Below are positions 1-13,329 of a stretch of DNA of 61,759 nucleotides, piece by piece. The position numbers were made by a program, and so were the translations under genes. The stretch lies in NCBI RefSeq assembly GCF_001194135.2, contig NC_068987.1:97882318-97944076 (forward strand), read 5' to 3'. Below the pieces are notes generated by a model. That model did not search any database, was not told the origin of the DNA, and saw only the letters and a list, made by a program, of their open reading frames with translations. The DNA comes from Octopus bimaculoides (taxonomy: Eukaryota). Within the stretch, counting starts at the first letter, position 1. Each line of letters begins with the position of its first letter.

Positions 1-33
<33 letters not shown>

Positions 34-615
34 TAGATAGATAGGTAGATAGATACACACATACATGTTTCTGAATGTGTTTTCATATGTGTACACTTGT
101 GTATGTATAGTTTTCAATATCAAGGATAATCATGCCACTTGTAATGATTGATTGAGCTACTGACTTGAATAAATGAATGCCTAAGTGGACATATGTACGT
201 ATATCAATGTACAATTGTTGGCCAGTAAATATAGTGCATAATATAAACAACCTGTTGTACAAATGTATATTGGAGACAGGTGAATATGTATGCATCCATA
301 TATTTATATTTGTATAGAGGTATAGAGGCTATTATATATGTTATAATTTATATATGTATATATATGCATATATGCCTGTATGTATTTATAAAGAAGGTCT
401 ATGATGTGTTTTGAAAGCGTTATTGTGTCCAAAATTATGACTAGGTACTTCTGAATTTCTTTGTACTTTCATTCAATGTTGTGCTCCTTTATAGATGATA
501 GAACATACAGCATGTATTCATGTATGTCTGTATATCTTCCTGGTTTTCTTTTTCGAATTCCTCAACAATGTAGAAAGACAAATATCTTCCTAGAAGCAAA
601 GCTCACTCTTTGGAA

Positions 616-835
616 TTTTACTCTTTTACTCTTTTACTTGTTTCGGTCATTTAACTGTGGCCATGCTGGAGCACCGCCTTTAGTCAAGAAAATCGACCCC
701 CAGGACTTATTCTTTGTAAGCCTAGTACTTATTACATCGGTCACTGTTGACGAACCGCTAAGTTACGGGGACGTAAACACACCAGCATCGGTTGTGAAGC
801 GATGTTGGGGTGACAAATACAGGCACACAAACATA
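616..835 (-). mobile_element. SINE family A (tRNA-head, CORE-like, internal microsatellite), 3' half; 5' half lost in the N gap
   Basis: Matches the recurrent consensus GTCATTTGACTGCGGCCATGCTGGAGCACCGCC...GAACCGCTAAGTTACGGGGACGTAAACACACCAGCATCGGTTG seen in many copies in this window; (TTTTACTC)n tail on the plus strand. Confidence 0.9.
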
Positions 836-843
836 TACACACA

Positions 844-889
<46 letters not shown>

Positions 890-1343
890 NNNNNNNNNNN
901 NNNNNNNNNNNNNNNNNNNNNNNNNNNNNNNNNNNNNNNNNNNNNNNNNNNNNNNNNNNNNNNNNNNNNNNNNNNNNNNNNNNNNNNNNNNNNNNNNNNN
1001 NNNNNNNNNNNNNNNNNNNNNNNNNNNNNNNNNNNNNNNNNNNNNNNNNNNNNNNNNNNNNNNNNNNNNNNNNNNNNNNNNNNNNNNNNNNNNNNNNNNN
1101 NNNNNNNNNNNNNNNNNNNNNNNNNNNNNNNNNNNNNNNNNNNNNNNNNNNNNNNNNNNNNNNNNNNNNNNNNNNNNNNNNNNNNNNNNNNNNNNNNNNN
1201 NNNNNNNNNNNNNNNNNNNNNNNNNNNNNNNNNNNNNNNNNNNNNNNNNNNNNNNNNNNNNNNNNNNNNNNNNNNNNNNNNNNNNNNNNNNNNNNNNNNN
1301 NNNNNNNNNNNNNNNNNNNNNNNNNNNNNNNNNNNNNNNNNNN

Positions 1344-1395
<52 letters not shown>

Positions 1396-1839
1396 GTACA
1401 TACGCAGTATTAGGAGTCAGTGCACGTGCAGATTTCTAGGTTTTCTCTTACGTATGTATTCTCATGCATATAGTTGCATATATATAGGGTTGACCAAAAG
1501 TCACTCGACAGTAAATAAAAGTTTCATGAATACTATCTGTAATTCTCTATTGACCCAAGTGGGAAAATGTGTCGCTCAAGAAGGACTTCAATTTGAACAA
1601 TTTTCATCATATTTCTTATTTAGATGCTTTTATTAAATTCATTCAGTTGTTAAACATAAATAAATGTTGGAATTAAATTGTTTTGGTTTACTGTCAGTTG
1701 ACTTTTGGCCAATACTGTATACTTAAATGATAAAATTCCGAAAAGTTTTACAGATCTTTAAAGTTCCAGTGATGGCTTCGATCTATACTCTTCGAATTCG
1801 ATTTCTCCTTTCTGGTTTTTGTGAAGCTTAATTTCTGTA

Positions 1840-2060
1840 TGTATAAATGTATGTATGTATGAATGAATGTATGAATGTATGTATGTATGTATGTATGTAT
1901 GTATGTATGTATGTATGTATGTATTTATATATGTGTGTATGTATGTATGTGTGTATGTATGTGTGTGTGTATGTATGTATGTGTGAATGTATGTGTGTGT
2001 GTATGTATGTATGTGTATGTGTGTATGTATGCAAGTATGTATGTATTTATGTATGTATTT
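1840..2060. repeat. (TATG)n/(TG)n compound microsatellite
   Basis: Directly visible tandem repeat; explains the ORFs at 1828-2069. Confidence 0.95.
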
Positions 2061-3156
2061 AGGTTTTAGAATTCACACCGGTCACTAAGAAAACAAAACA
2101 TTTTTAGTGAAAATAGCTCCCGGAGTATGAGTGGCTAAGATAATATATGTATCTGAGGTAAAGTTCTGTATGAAAATGTCTCCTTAGTAATTATTGCACA
2201 CAAGTGTGTATGCGCGTGCGTGTGTCATTACTTTTTCCTTACGTGCATTTGCCGAGGCACACGACGAAGTGTGAGAATATATTAATTTCAAGAAGCTCAA
2301 ATGGAGGATGTTTCGAATGACCTACAGATTTTAACGGTATTTGACTGGATTTGGATGATGTGCAGCATGTGTGCATGTCTGTCGAATTTTATGTATAGCA
2401 TATACGTTGTATACATGTTTGTATATATGTATATGTGTGTGTGTGCGTGTGTTTATATATATATATATATANNNNNNNNNNNNNNNNNNNNNNNNNNNNN
2501 NNNNNNNNNNNNNNNNNNNNNNNNNNNNNNNNNNNNNNNNNNNNNNNNNNNNNNNNNNNNNNNNNNNNNNNNNNNNNNNNNNNNNNNNNNNNNNNNNNNN
2601 NNNNNNNNNNNNNNNNNNNNNNNNNNNNNNNNNNNNNNNNNNNNNNNNNNNNNNNNNNNNNNNNNNNNNNNNNNNNNNNNNNNNNNNNNNNNNNNNNNNN
2701 NNNNNNNNNNNNNNNNNNNNNNNNNNNNNNNNNNNNNNNNNNNNNNNNNNNNNNNNNNNNNNNNNNNNNNNNNNNNNNNNNNNNNNNNNNNNNNNNNNNN
2801 NNNNNNNNNNNNNNNNNNNNNNNNNNNNNNNNNNNNNNNNNNNNNNNNNNNNNNNNNNNNNNNNNNNNNNNNNNNNNNNNNNNNNNNNNNNNNNNNNNNN
2901 NNNNNNNNNNNNNNNNNNNNNNNNNNNNNNNNNNNNNNNNNNNNNNNNNNNNNNNNNNNNNNNNNNNNNNNNNNNNNNNNNNNNNNNNNNNNNNNNNNNN
3001 NNNNNNNNNNNNNNNNNNNNNNNNNNNNNNNNNNNNNNNNNNNNNNNNNNNNNNNNNNNNNNNNNNNNNNNNNNNNNNNNNNNNNNNNNNNNNNNNNNNN
3101 NNNTATATATAAACATATATGCATACATGTATATATATACATATGTATATTTAGGT

Positions 3157-3195
<39 letters not shown>

Positions 3196-4682
3196 AATGC
3201 GTATGTGTAAACATAGATATCAATGTATATGTGGAGCCTGTTAGTTTCTTAGATTCTCGAATGGTTTACATAATTTGACAGTGTCTTTAATAGCTTTAAG
3301 CAGTAACGTCTCAATGAAGTTTGTTTTTCTTTCAGGCTTTGAAAGAGCTACTTTCTCAAGATTGGTAATGAGGCAGTTAATCACGTAACCTAGTATTCCG
3401 ATAATATTATTAGGAATCTTAAATCATTGCTGCGATGAAATAGTTGTACATTTACCATGAGTTCCAGTTTATCATTGAAGCTGATACTAAGTGATGCCAC
3501 ATGTTATGCAGATTATGCATTGATCTTAAGAGGAAGTTTATGCTACCATCTTCCGAATTTTGTAGTATGGAAGAGATTGCATGTAGAGACCAATCAATCG
3601 AGTTGCTGAAATACTGCTATCAAGCATGGACGACGACTGCATTATGAGTTTCTTGTGCTGTAAGAAGGAAGTTTTGACTAACATTGTTTTTCAAGTTTGG
3701 TATAGCATTTTTCGCTAACTCTATCTCTGTTCGTAGTAACGTTGTATGGTATATTTTCATCCGTGTTTAAGTAATTATAGCACTCATTGTGTGAAACAGG
3801 CATAGTGAGGTCACTTATGCGCTTTGGGTGTGAGAAACACTTTTTCCATGTTAAGCTGTCAAATACAGAAATTATTTCTGGCTAAATGCCATTCCTATAT
3901 TAGCGAAAATTATTACTACAACCTAGTTGCTTTACAGCATTGTAACTGTTTCTTGTATAAACCCCATAAGTCGTTCACAAAAGAACATTGCATTAGACAT
4001 GCCTTTCTTACTGTTGTAGAACCCAGCACATAACCACTGAAATTTCATAAAATAATGATAATGAATATATCGTTAAAATAAACAGAATCAGAGGTAGATT
4101 GTCTTCTTGGGACATACCCTTTGAAATGTTTATGAAACCGGAGGCAATCGACCCACTTTTTGTGAGTTTTTGAAAGATCGTAGTGAAGAATGTAGATACA
4201 TTTGCCAAATGCATTGAATTCAACAATCAGTAATGAAAAATAGAATTTTCTTTGTCTTTTCTGTAATCAAGACGCAACGGCACGTGGTTTCAACATTTTA
4301 CTGCAAAATTTATTCAACATACCCTCACATTCTCTTCTAAAAATATAACAATTCATTAGTTACTGTATTGTTGGCCATACAATAATCATAGAGCAATTGA
4401 TTATGTGTAAAGTTTAAGCAAGGTGTAGTATTATATATATATATGTTTGTATGTACATATGTATTAATATATTTAGATATTTACGTATGAACGTATGAAT
4501 GTCTGGTTGTTTCCATTTTAAGGCCTAAAATATCCTTTGACGGAAAAATGTATGAGCGCACAGTATGCATGCTTCTTTCAATATCAAAATCAAAAATAAA
4601 TTAAGCTAACATACACACTTACTCACTCTCTCAGTCTCGGTGTCTCTCTTATCAACAAACAAACGTATATATTTGTATGCAT

Positions 4683-4728
<46 letters not shown>

Positions 4729-5644
4729 GAACGAGAGAGAGAGAGATAAAGAGAGAGAGAAAGCGATGAATGCATGTGTGCATGGGTAGGTATAAACGGG
4801 GATTACATCTCTTAACAATTGAGAGATGTTCTTGTAAATATTTTATTAACCTTGTGTAAAAGTAAACCCTGAATTTTTTTAAAACAGTCCTGGATTCCAC
4901 ATCCCCCAAGCATAAAGAGCGGATTGATTAGTTACAACATTCAGTAAAAGGTCGTCATGTTTCATTGTTTCCCAGTAGTTTGCTCCGAGGACGAATCAAG
5001 AACTGTTTTACGAATACTTGAAACGCCAACAGTTACACTGTTCCACTTCGGTGCCGAAGTGTTTACATGTATTAATCAACTGTAGCACCAACACAGCGTA
5101 TTTGCTTTTAAATTTTCAAACAGTGTTAAAATCCTATGTTTAATGAACCGGTTTAGTGATAGAAACAGGAAAAAGAGAACTCAGAACTTGAGTATATACG
5201 TTTTTAATTAATAATCGGTAGAAGTGGGTCTAGGGCCGAGGATCTTGTGCATTGCCATTTAAGAAACTCAAGATACTCTGGGCCCTTGAACTCTGTAAAC
5301 TTCAGCTATTTATTAATAAAAGAAACATGCCTAATAAACACGAATTTTAGCCATACTGTACAATAAACCCGATGTCTTGTAACGCGATTTTCAGTTGGTA
5401 AGGTAAAACTCAATTGATTTTTAAGGAAGCTCTATTCTAGTATATTTCTTTTTCCTCCCAGATTTCTGTGATTCATTGTGGTTTAACCACGGAATGCATT
5501 GCCAATGAAACTAAGAATATGACTATTAATCACTTCGTTGTATCTGTGTTTAAAGATATTATATAATGTATTATAATAGAACATAATGAAATATTAAGCC
5601 ACTCACGGTATACAACAATATCAGAGAAATGAGAGTAATTAATG

Positions 5645-6185
5645 GCAATACCCTGAGCTGGAGCGCTCATGTCAATAAACTTGATACGGTTGGCAAGATA
5701 AGATCCTGGATCCTCAATCCAGGGAGCCTGATGCCATCATTCCCTGCCCCCTCCTTTGTACTGTCACACTTAGAAGACTGTTGATCCTTGTGGTCTTCTC
5801 ACACCAAAGAAAGCATCATGAGAACTGGGCACCCTAGAGAGAGATTACAAAAACAAAAAAAAAATGGTAAGACAACCGTCTTAAGTCATTGCGATTAGGT
5901 AAGCGTCACATCATTTACAAAATATGGATTTTCTATACTACCAGCACTGTGTGAACGACCTGAGCCTCTAGTTTACTATTCTTCGAAAGTCGGGACCCTA
6001 TACCATGTTTACTCTACACAAATCAGGCTCATAACACTACTCCAAACAAGTCAAGAAAGCAAAAAACAAAAAAAACAAGTCCGATCATTTTCAAACGAGA
6101 AATGGGTTAACTTCTACAGGCGATTCCAGATGAAGCACCTATACCTGAATACATCGCAGTCAACAACAAATCCCTTTTTGAACAG
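5645..6185 (+). mobile_element. Decayed CR1/L2-clade LINE, C-terminal part of ORF2
   Basis: Translation gives LSHLEDC*SLWSSHTKESI (compare the LSHLEYCSxLWSPH motif downstream of the RT core), then RHIIYKIW and IPDEAPIPEY; stops and frameshifts present. Confidence 0.7.
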
Positions 6186-7058
6186 CTATGATATCATAAA
6201 GCTTGACTTGCATTGCTTTGAGACGGTGCAATTAATTTAGACATAGCCGAGGGCATATTTCACTGTGACCAATCTAATTTCTCTCTCTCTCTATTTCCTT
6301 TCCTCTCTTTGTCTCTCTCTCTCTCCTTCTTTCTCTCTCTCTCTTTCTCTCACTCTCTCTTTATCTCTTTCTCTCACTTTATATATATATATATATANNN
6401 NNNNNNNNNNNNNNNNNNNNNNNNNNNNNNNNNNNNNNNNNNNNNNNNNNNNNNNNNNNNNNNNNNNNNNNNNNNNNNNNNNNNNNNNNNNNNNNNNNNN
6501 NNNNNNNNNNNNNNNNNNNNNNNNNNNNNNNNNNNNNNNNNNNNNNNNNNNNNNNNNNNNNNNNNNNNNNNNNNNNNNNNNNNNNNNNNNNNNNNNNNNN
6601 NNNNNNNNNNNNNNNNNNNNNNNNNNNNNNNNNNNNNNNNNNNNNNNNNNNNNNNNNNNNNNNNNNNNNNNNNNNNNNNNNNNNNNNNNNNNNNNNNNNN
6701 NNNNNNNNNNNNNNNNNNNNNNNNNNNNNNNNNNNNNNNNNNNNNNNNNNNNNNNNNNNNNNNNNNNNNNNNNNNNNNNNNNNNNNNNNNNNNNNNNNNN
6801 NNNNNNNNNNNNNNNNNNNNNNNNNNNNNNNNNNNNNNNNNNNNNNNNNNNNNNNNNNNNNNNNNNNNNNNNNNNNNNNNNNNNNNNNNNNNNNNNNNNN
6901 NNNNNNNNNNNNNNNNNNNNNNNNNNNNNNNNNNNNNNNNNNNNNNNNNNNNNNNNNNNNNNNNNNNNNNNNNNNNNNNNNNNNNNNNNNNNNNNNNNNN
7001 NNNNNNNNNNNNNNNNNNNNNNNNNNNNNNNNNNNNNNNNNNNNNNNNNNNNNNNNNN

Positions 7059-7109
<51 letters not shown>

Positions 7110-9000
7110 AAACCTATATACACATACAGCACAAATACATACACATATACATACATACGTACGTGCATGAATATATGTATAAACGAGTTTGTGTGTATAT
7201 ACTTGTGTATCTATACATTTACATATAAGTTTATGTAAGCATACACACAATATCTGTGTGCGCAGACGCGTATGTGCAAACAAGAATCTGTACGTATGCA
7301 GAAGGTATATGGAAAGGCAAGAGAAGGAATTCTTTTGCAAATTACTGTTTATAGGTTTAACACTTTGCTCAAATAAACGGACAACTGAGGCCGGGATATA
7401 AGTGATAAGGAGATGAAGAGAAAAAGAAGGGAGCTGGTGGAGAAGGCACGGAAAGACTTTGTATTGGAAAACAAGAATGAATGGTGGAGGAGGTTGTAAC
7501 TTTATTTGACCGCTCAACAAAGCTACTTGGAATATCTTTAATGCCCTTACAACCTCTTTTCTTTCACTTTTCTTATTTTCGCCATCACTTTCAGTTAATT
7601 GTTCGTTTTACTTCATGGAAACATGATTTGAGGTGGCTTCTAAATCCTGTACGAAATACGTTTCAAGTAGTATCTAAACAGCACCCACCCTCAGGCTCAG
7701 TTCACTATTATAGCAAACATCCAACGGAAATGTGTACATTTACACAGCTCTCTTTCTAGTAGGAACAATAAACCGGACAGGCCGTAAAAAAGAAAAAAAA
7801 AAAAGATGTTGAAAGCTAAAAAAACCGTAATAATAGAATTGCAATTCACATTTGTCAGTGGACAGCTCGAAGGCGACAGAGTCACCGGAAGTGCTTCATC
7901 GCATCGGAGACGATGTATTAAAGAATAGATATTGGGTTGGCTGTGGAAGAAGTTTTGTTGACTGAAAAGAGATGGGATGTTAAGGTTGGGAGGCTGACCA
8001 CCGTGCATTGCTACTGATTAGCTGATTGGTTGTCTGCTCGTAAAAACGACCACTTGTGTAATGTCGATATGATAGCCAAAACCGATGTTTTTTCGAGTGT
8101 GTAGAAATCGATGGTGGCGTGTTGTAAAATAAGCATTGTATAGATTTGACTTTCACAGAGAAAATTATTTCGCTCATAATGTTTCTCCCTTGTCCAGGTC
8201 ATGCCAGACCAACTCAGAAGGTGTCCAGCTGAGTCTGATCCACACCAATCCAAGCTCATAGAGGTTTTATGGCTCCACGATAATGTTAGACAATGGCGAA
8301 ATAAAGAGGTGTACATTTCTATCATGTTGCAAATACTACCTTCTTCTGTATCTTCCTACCTACTAACCGACCTCCCTATTTTGCCTACTTGTCTGTATGC
8401 CTATTTAACTACCTACCTACGTACCTATTTACCTAGATATCTTTCTATTTACATACGTATACTTCTCTCAGTGCATTTATCAAAATTATCAGAATCCGAG
8501 GAAACTAGTAGTGCTCTCCATCGGCAAGTATCAATAGATTCCACAGTCTGCATGGTTTTGTATAATAGTGGGTAAAGAGAAAGAGAGAGAGAGAGAAAGA
8601 AAGAAAGCGAGAGAGATAGAGAGAGAGAGAGAAAGAAAGCGAGAGAGAGAGAGAGAGAAAGAAAGAGAGAGAAAGAGAGAGAGAGAGAGTTTTGAGGTTG
8701 CGGGCTAACACTTTTGTCTGGAAAACAAATGCTTTTGTTATATCTCGGGAGGGTCATCATGCAACTGGTTCTTTTTCAGCTCTTCACTATTTGTCAATTC
8801 ATCAACACTTGAGCAATTAAATAATTCATTGCTTAATCGTTCGGTCATTCACTCAATCAGCGAGGTATGTGATAGTCCTTCCGCTTCCATTGCCGAACTC
8901 ATCAATGACTTGCTCTTTCACTATAGGCCTGCGTTTAGTCTGTCCGCTTCTCTGTGTTTCATTTCTTTCAAATTTTTTTCTCTAGAGGCACAGATGTCCC

Positions 9001-9150
9001 TGGGTGGTAAGAGGTTTGCTTCCCAATCATATGGTTCAAAGATCAGTCCCACTGCGTGGCTCCTTCGGTAAGTGATTTCGTCTATAGCCTCAGGTCAACC
9101 AAAGCCTTGTAAGTGGATTTAGTAGATAGAAACAGTAAAAAGTCTGTCGT
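9001..9150 (+). mobile_element. SINE family A, 5' head only (diverged)
   Basis: GTGGTAAGAGGTTTGCTTCCCAATCATATGGTTC...CAGTCCCACTGCGTGG...TATAGCCTCAGG...AAAGCCTTGTAAGTGGATTT is homologous to the family A head. Confidence 0.8.
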
Positions 9151-9179
9151 ATATATACATATCTGTATGTGTGTGTACT

Positions 9180-9270
9180 TATTTTATTATAAATGCAAAA
9201 TAACACCACGGATGAATCGACGTATGCTTAAACCGCGATAAGTGAACCGCGATGTGGCGGAGGATTACTG
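9180..9270. mobile_element. Terminal fragment of a Tigger/pogo-like non-autonomous DNA transposon
   Basis: Ends in GAACCGCGATGTGGCGGAGGATTACTG followed by TA, the same terminus type as the 9340-9836 element. Confidence 0.6.
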
Positions 9271-9339
9271 TATCTCTCAAGCTATAAGATGTCTCCGTCT
9301 ATATTTCCATTAATCATTTTACGAACCAATGCGTACATA

Positions 9340-9836
9340 CAGAAATCACTCGCCATAGCGCGGTTCAGCTATCACGCCCACAGTACATCACAGATTTTCT
9401 GGCTAATATATGTAAATTTATATCGCGGACTCCTCAGTATATCACGGTTTTCTGCGGCCTATAGGTACTTATATTTTTTTAGATCTTAATTACTTTTGCT
9501 GTAAAATAAGCATTTCCACGCATAAAAACAAACAAATAAAAATACAGTACAGTACTGTACTGTATAATACATTGATTAAAATATATTAAAAGAAATGTAC
9601 CGTAATGTACTGTAGATGAGTAAACAAATAATTGCACATACTGTATGGAAAACGAAACTCGGGAAGCGAGTGTGGGGTGTTGATTTGCATTTATGTTGAA
9701 ATAAATATATACAAATTATAAAATTAATAAAAATAGATATATAGTATAATTCTGTTTCTACCTCGTGGATTTTCACCTTTTGCAGGGGATTTTGAAATGT
9801 AACAAGGTAACATCTGCAATAGTAGAGGGATTACTG
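9340..9836. mobile_element. Tigger/pogo-like MITE (about 500 bp) with TA target-site duplication
   Basis: Left end TA|CAGAAATCACTCGCCATAGCGCGG and right end GTAGAGGGATTACTG|TA are imperfect TIRs (CAGTAATCCCTC type), each flanked by TA; no ORF. Confidence 0.75.
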
Positions 9837-9859
9837 TATACACAAATATGCATCGGTAC

Positions 9860-9910
<51 letters not shown>

Positions 9911-10990
9911 AATATATGTATGCGTGTCTATGTACGTGTAAGCACATGTATGTATGTGTGTGTGTGTGTGTGTGTATATATGCATACATACATACATAAA
10001 TACATATATATACNNNNNNNNNNNNNNNNNNNNNNNNNNNNNNNNNNNNNNNNNNNNNNNNNNNNNNNNNNNNNNNNNNNNNNNNNNNNNNNNNNNNNNN
10101 NNNNNNNNNNNNNNNNNNNNNNNNNNNNNNNNNNNNNNNNNNNNNNNNNNNNNNNNNNNNNNNNNNNNNNNNNNNNNNNNNNNNNNNNNNNNNNNNNNNN
10201 NNNNNNNNNNNNNNNNNNNNNNNNNNNNNNNNNNNNNNNNNNNNNNNNNNNNNNNNNNNNNNNNNNNNNNNNNNNNNNNNNNNNNNNNNNNNNNNNNNNN
10301 NNNNNNNNNNNNNNNNNNNNNNNNNNNNNNNNNNNNNNNNNNNNNNNNNNNNNNNNNNNNNNNNNNNNNNNNNNNNNNNNNNNNNNNNNNNNNNNNNNNN
10401 NNNNNNNNNNNNNNNNNNNNNNNNNNNNNNNNNNNNNNNNNNNNNNNNNNNNNNNNNNNNNNNNNNNNNNNNNNNNNNNNNNNNNNNNNNNNNNNNNNNN
10501 NNNNNNNNNNNNNNNNNNNNNNNNNNNNNNNNNNNNNNNNNNNNNNNNNNNNNNNNNNNNNNNNNNNNNNNNNNNNNNNNNNNNNNNNNNNNNNNNNNNN
10601 NNNNNNNNNNNNNNNNNNNNNNNNNNNNNNNNNNNNNNNNNNNNNNNNNNNNNNNNNNNNNNNNNNNNNNNNNNNNNNNNNNNNNNNNNNNNNNNNNNNN
10701 NNNNNNNNNNNNNNNNNNNNNNNNNNNNNNNNNNNNNNNNNNNNNNNNNNNNNNNNNNNNNNNNNNNNNNNNNNNNNNNNNNNNNNNNNNNNNNNNNNNN
10801 NNNNNNNNNNNNNNNNNNNNNNNNNNNNNNNNNNNNNNNNNNNNNNNNNNNNNNNNNNNNNNNNNNNNNNNNNNNNNNNNNNNNNNNNNNNNNNNNNNNN
10901 NNNNNNNNNNNNNNNNNNNNNNNNNNNNNNNNNNNNNNNNNNNNNNNNNNNNNNNNNNNNNNNNNNNNNNNNNNNNNNNNNNNNNNNNNN

Positions 10991-11044
<54 letters not shown>

Positions 11045-11578
11045 TGTGTGAGTGTGTGCGCGTGAGTGTGTGTGTGTGTGTGTGTGTGTGTAATCCCTCA
11101 AAATTCTAAAACCATAATTGCAAAACAAAAACGGATTTATCATTTTTATTATCCTCCTGCCGAATCCGTACGTTACTTTTATCAATGCTTTTCCTTACAT
11201 AGAAATTCTATTTTGCCTTTTTTCGATATACTTGTAATTGTTCAGCTGTATATATCTTAATCCAGAGAATGTTTCTATGAATTGTACTTAACCGATCGTT
11301 CACAATTCGTTGTTGATATAAATAGATGAATAGAGACTTTAACAGCTGAAAGACTACAGTAAATCCTCACAGAATCATTTGCAGTTTAATCCAATTTGTA
11401 ATTTCAACAACCATTCTCATATACTTTGCCGAACTCTTTGCTTTACTTTCTTCCTCAAAGTATTAATTTTGTTGCTTTTTAACTCTAGGTTAAACCAGAT
11501 AAAGTAGACACAATGATTGAAAGCATTATATTTGTATCACACGCGTCTTACATTTGACAGAATTCATTAGCTAATATG

Positions 11579-11615
<37 letters not shown>

Positions 11616-11639
11616 TGTGTGTGCGTGTACGTGTGTGTG

Positions 11640-11850
11640 TTTACTTGTTTCAGTCATTTGACTGCGGCGATGCAGGGGGGGGGCACCTTTAGTGGAACGA
11701 ATCGACCCCAGGACTTATTCTTTGTAAGCCTAGTACTTATTTTATTGGTCTCTTTTTCCGAACCGCTAAGTTACGGGGATGTAAACACACCAGCAATGGT
11801 TGTCAAGTGATGCTGGGGGTGGGGGGACAAACACAGGCACACAAACATAT
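11640..11850 (-). mobile_element. SINE family A, 3' half
   Basis: High similarity to 616-835 (TTTCAGTCATTTGACTGCGGC...GAACCGCTAAGTTACGGGGATGTAAACACACCAGC). Confidence 0.9.
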
Positions 11851-11879
11851 GCACACGTTATATATATATATATATATAT

Positions 11880-12072
11880 ATGATTGACCGTTGACTGAAC
11901 ACTATTCAATTTTTTTTCTCCGTGTTTTTCTCCTTGTCTCCGTATTCTTTCTGTTGAAGAGCGTAGCTCGAAACGTCAAAGACTTTCCGTATTCCCGAGC
12001 GTCATACTAATATATCCTTTTGTTATTTACACCACCTGCCCTCGTCTGTTGTTATTTTTTGTATATTCTCCC
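11880..12072 (+). mobile_element. Putative Penelope-like terminal repeat fragment carrying a minimal hammerhead-like motif
   Basis: TCTTT-CTGTTGA-A-GAGCGTAGCTC-GAAA-CGTC-AAAGA at 11946-11982, with a 5-bp stem I and a palindromic ACGT stem III. The PLE assignment is inferred from the known association of such motifs with Penelope pLTRs. Confidence 0.5.
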
Positions 12073-12129
<57 letters not shown>

Positions 12130-12396
12130 NNNNNNNNNNNNNNNNNNNNNNNNNNNNNNNNNNNNNNNNNNNNNNNNNNNNNNNNNNNNNNNNNNNNNNN
12201 NNNNNNNNNNNNNNNNNNNNNNNNNNNNNNNNNNNNNNNNNNNNNNNNNNNNNNNNNNNNNNNNNNNNNNNNNNNNNNNNNNNNNNNNNNNNNNNNNNNN
12301 NNNNNNNNNNNNNNNNNNNNNNNNNNNNNNNNNNNNNNNNNNNNNNNNNNNNNNNNNNNNNNNNNNNNNNNNNNNNNNNNNNNNNNNNNNNNNNNN

Positions 12397-12494
12397 TCTA
12401 TCGGTCTCTTTTGCTGAACCGCTAAGTTACGGGGACATAAACACACCAGCATCGGTTGTCAAGCGATGTTGGAGTGACAAACACAGACACACAA

Positions 12495-12525
<31 letters not shown>

Positions 12526-12699
12526 CATATATACGACAGACTTCTTTCAGTTTCCGTCTACCAAATCCACTCACAAGGCTGTGGTCGGCCCGAGGCTATA
12601 GTAGAAGACACTTGCCCAAAGTGCAACGCAGTGGGACTGAACCCGGGACCATGTGCTTGGGAAGCAAGCTACTTACCACACAGCCACTCCTACGCCTAT
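12397..12699 (-). mobile_element. SINE family A, near full length (3' end in the gap)
   Basis: Reverse complement starts GGCGTAGGAGTGGCTGTGTGGTAAGTAGCTTGCTTCCC...GGTTCAGTCCC (Pol III A/B-box-like), then a CORE-like TTGGGCAAGTGTCTTC and an internal (TA/CA)n. Confidence 0.9.
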
Positions 12700-12721
12700 G
12701 TATATATATATATATATATAC

Positions 12722-12875
12722 ACAACGGGCTTCTTTCAGTTTCCGTCAACCAAATCCACCCAGAATGCTTTGATCAGCCAGGAGCTATATAGTAGAAGAC
12801 ACTTGGCCATGTTGACACGCAGTGGGACTGAACCCAGTACCATGTGGTTGGGAAGGAAACCTATTACCACGCCTG
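12722..12875 (-). mobile_element. SINE family A, second head-only copy in tandem
   Basis: Repeats CTTCTTTCAGTTTCCGTC...GTAGAAGACACTTG...GCAGTGGGACTGAACCC immediately after the previous copy. Confidence 0.85.
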
Positions 12876-12882
12876 CGCCAGA

Positions 12883-12924
<42 letters not shown>

Positions 12925-13329
12925 GTATACACACACAATCACAGAGTATTTACATTAGTACATCCTTAATAACAAGTTATCTGGAAGCTTGGGAGTGGAA
13001 TTTAACCCTTATACTGTGGCGTTCTCCAACTCTGGGACTAAGGATTTATTGAACGTTCTTACTCAAAAACCATGGTAAATATTTCTCTCGCTCTTGTAAG
13101 TAGAAACTTCCTGAATTTACAATGAATTTACAAAACAAACGGCGTGACGTAAGGATCTCTTAAAATTGAGATCTGAACACCATTACGAAAAATATATGGG
13201 ATTATTAATCACCTAACTTACCGATCAGAGATAGGATTTCCTGGCCAACACTGAGTAACAGGACACACACACACAAATGCACGCACACAAACACAAAGGC
13301 ATATATGCACACAAGTTCGGCCGTCAGAC

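Noticed and set aside
1760-3610. Minus-strand open stretches (SIDWSLHAISSILQN..., IPNNIIGILGYV..., EIKLHKNQKGEIEFEEY...)
   Set aside because: The frames are mutually incompatible or need an intron of about 40 nt; no homology recognised; lengths are within chance expectation.
2291-5500. Plus-strand exon candidates at about 2291-2334, 3336-3364, 4086-4160, 4966-5050 and 5462 onward
   Set aside because: Individually plausible splice sites, but joining neighbours gives stop codons at the junctions and I recognise no protein.
7398-7500. Short frame MKRKRRELVEKARKDFVLENKNEWWRRL*
   Set aside because: Too short; at most a LINE linker-like remnant with no supporting motifs nearby.
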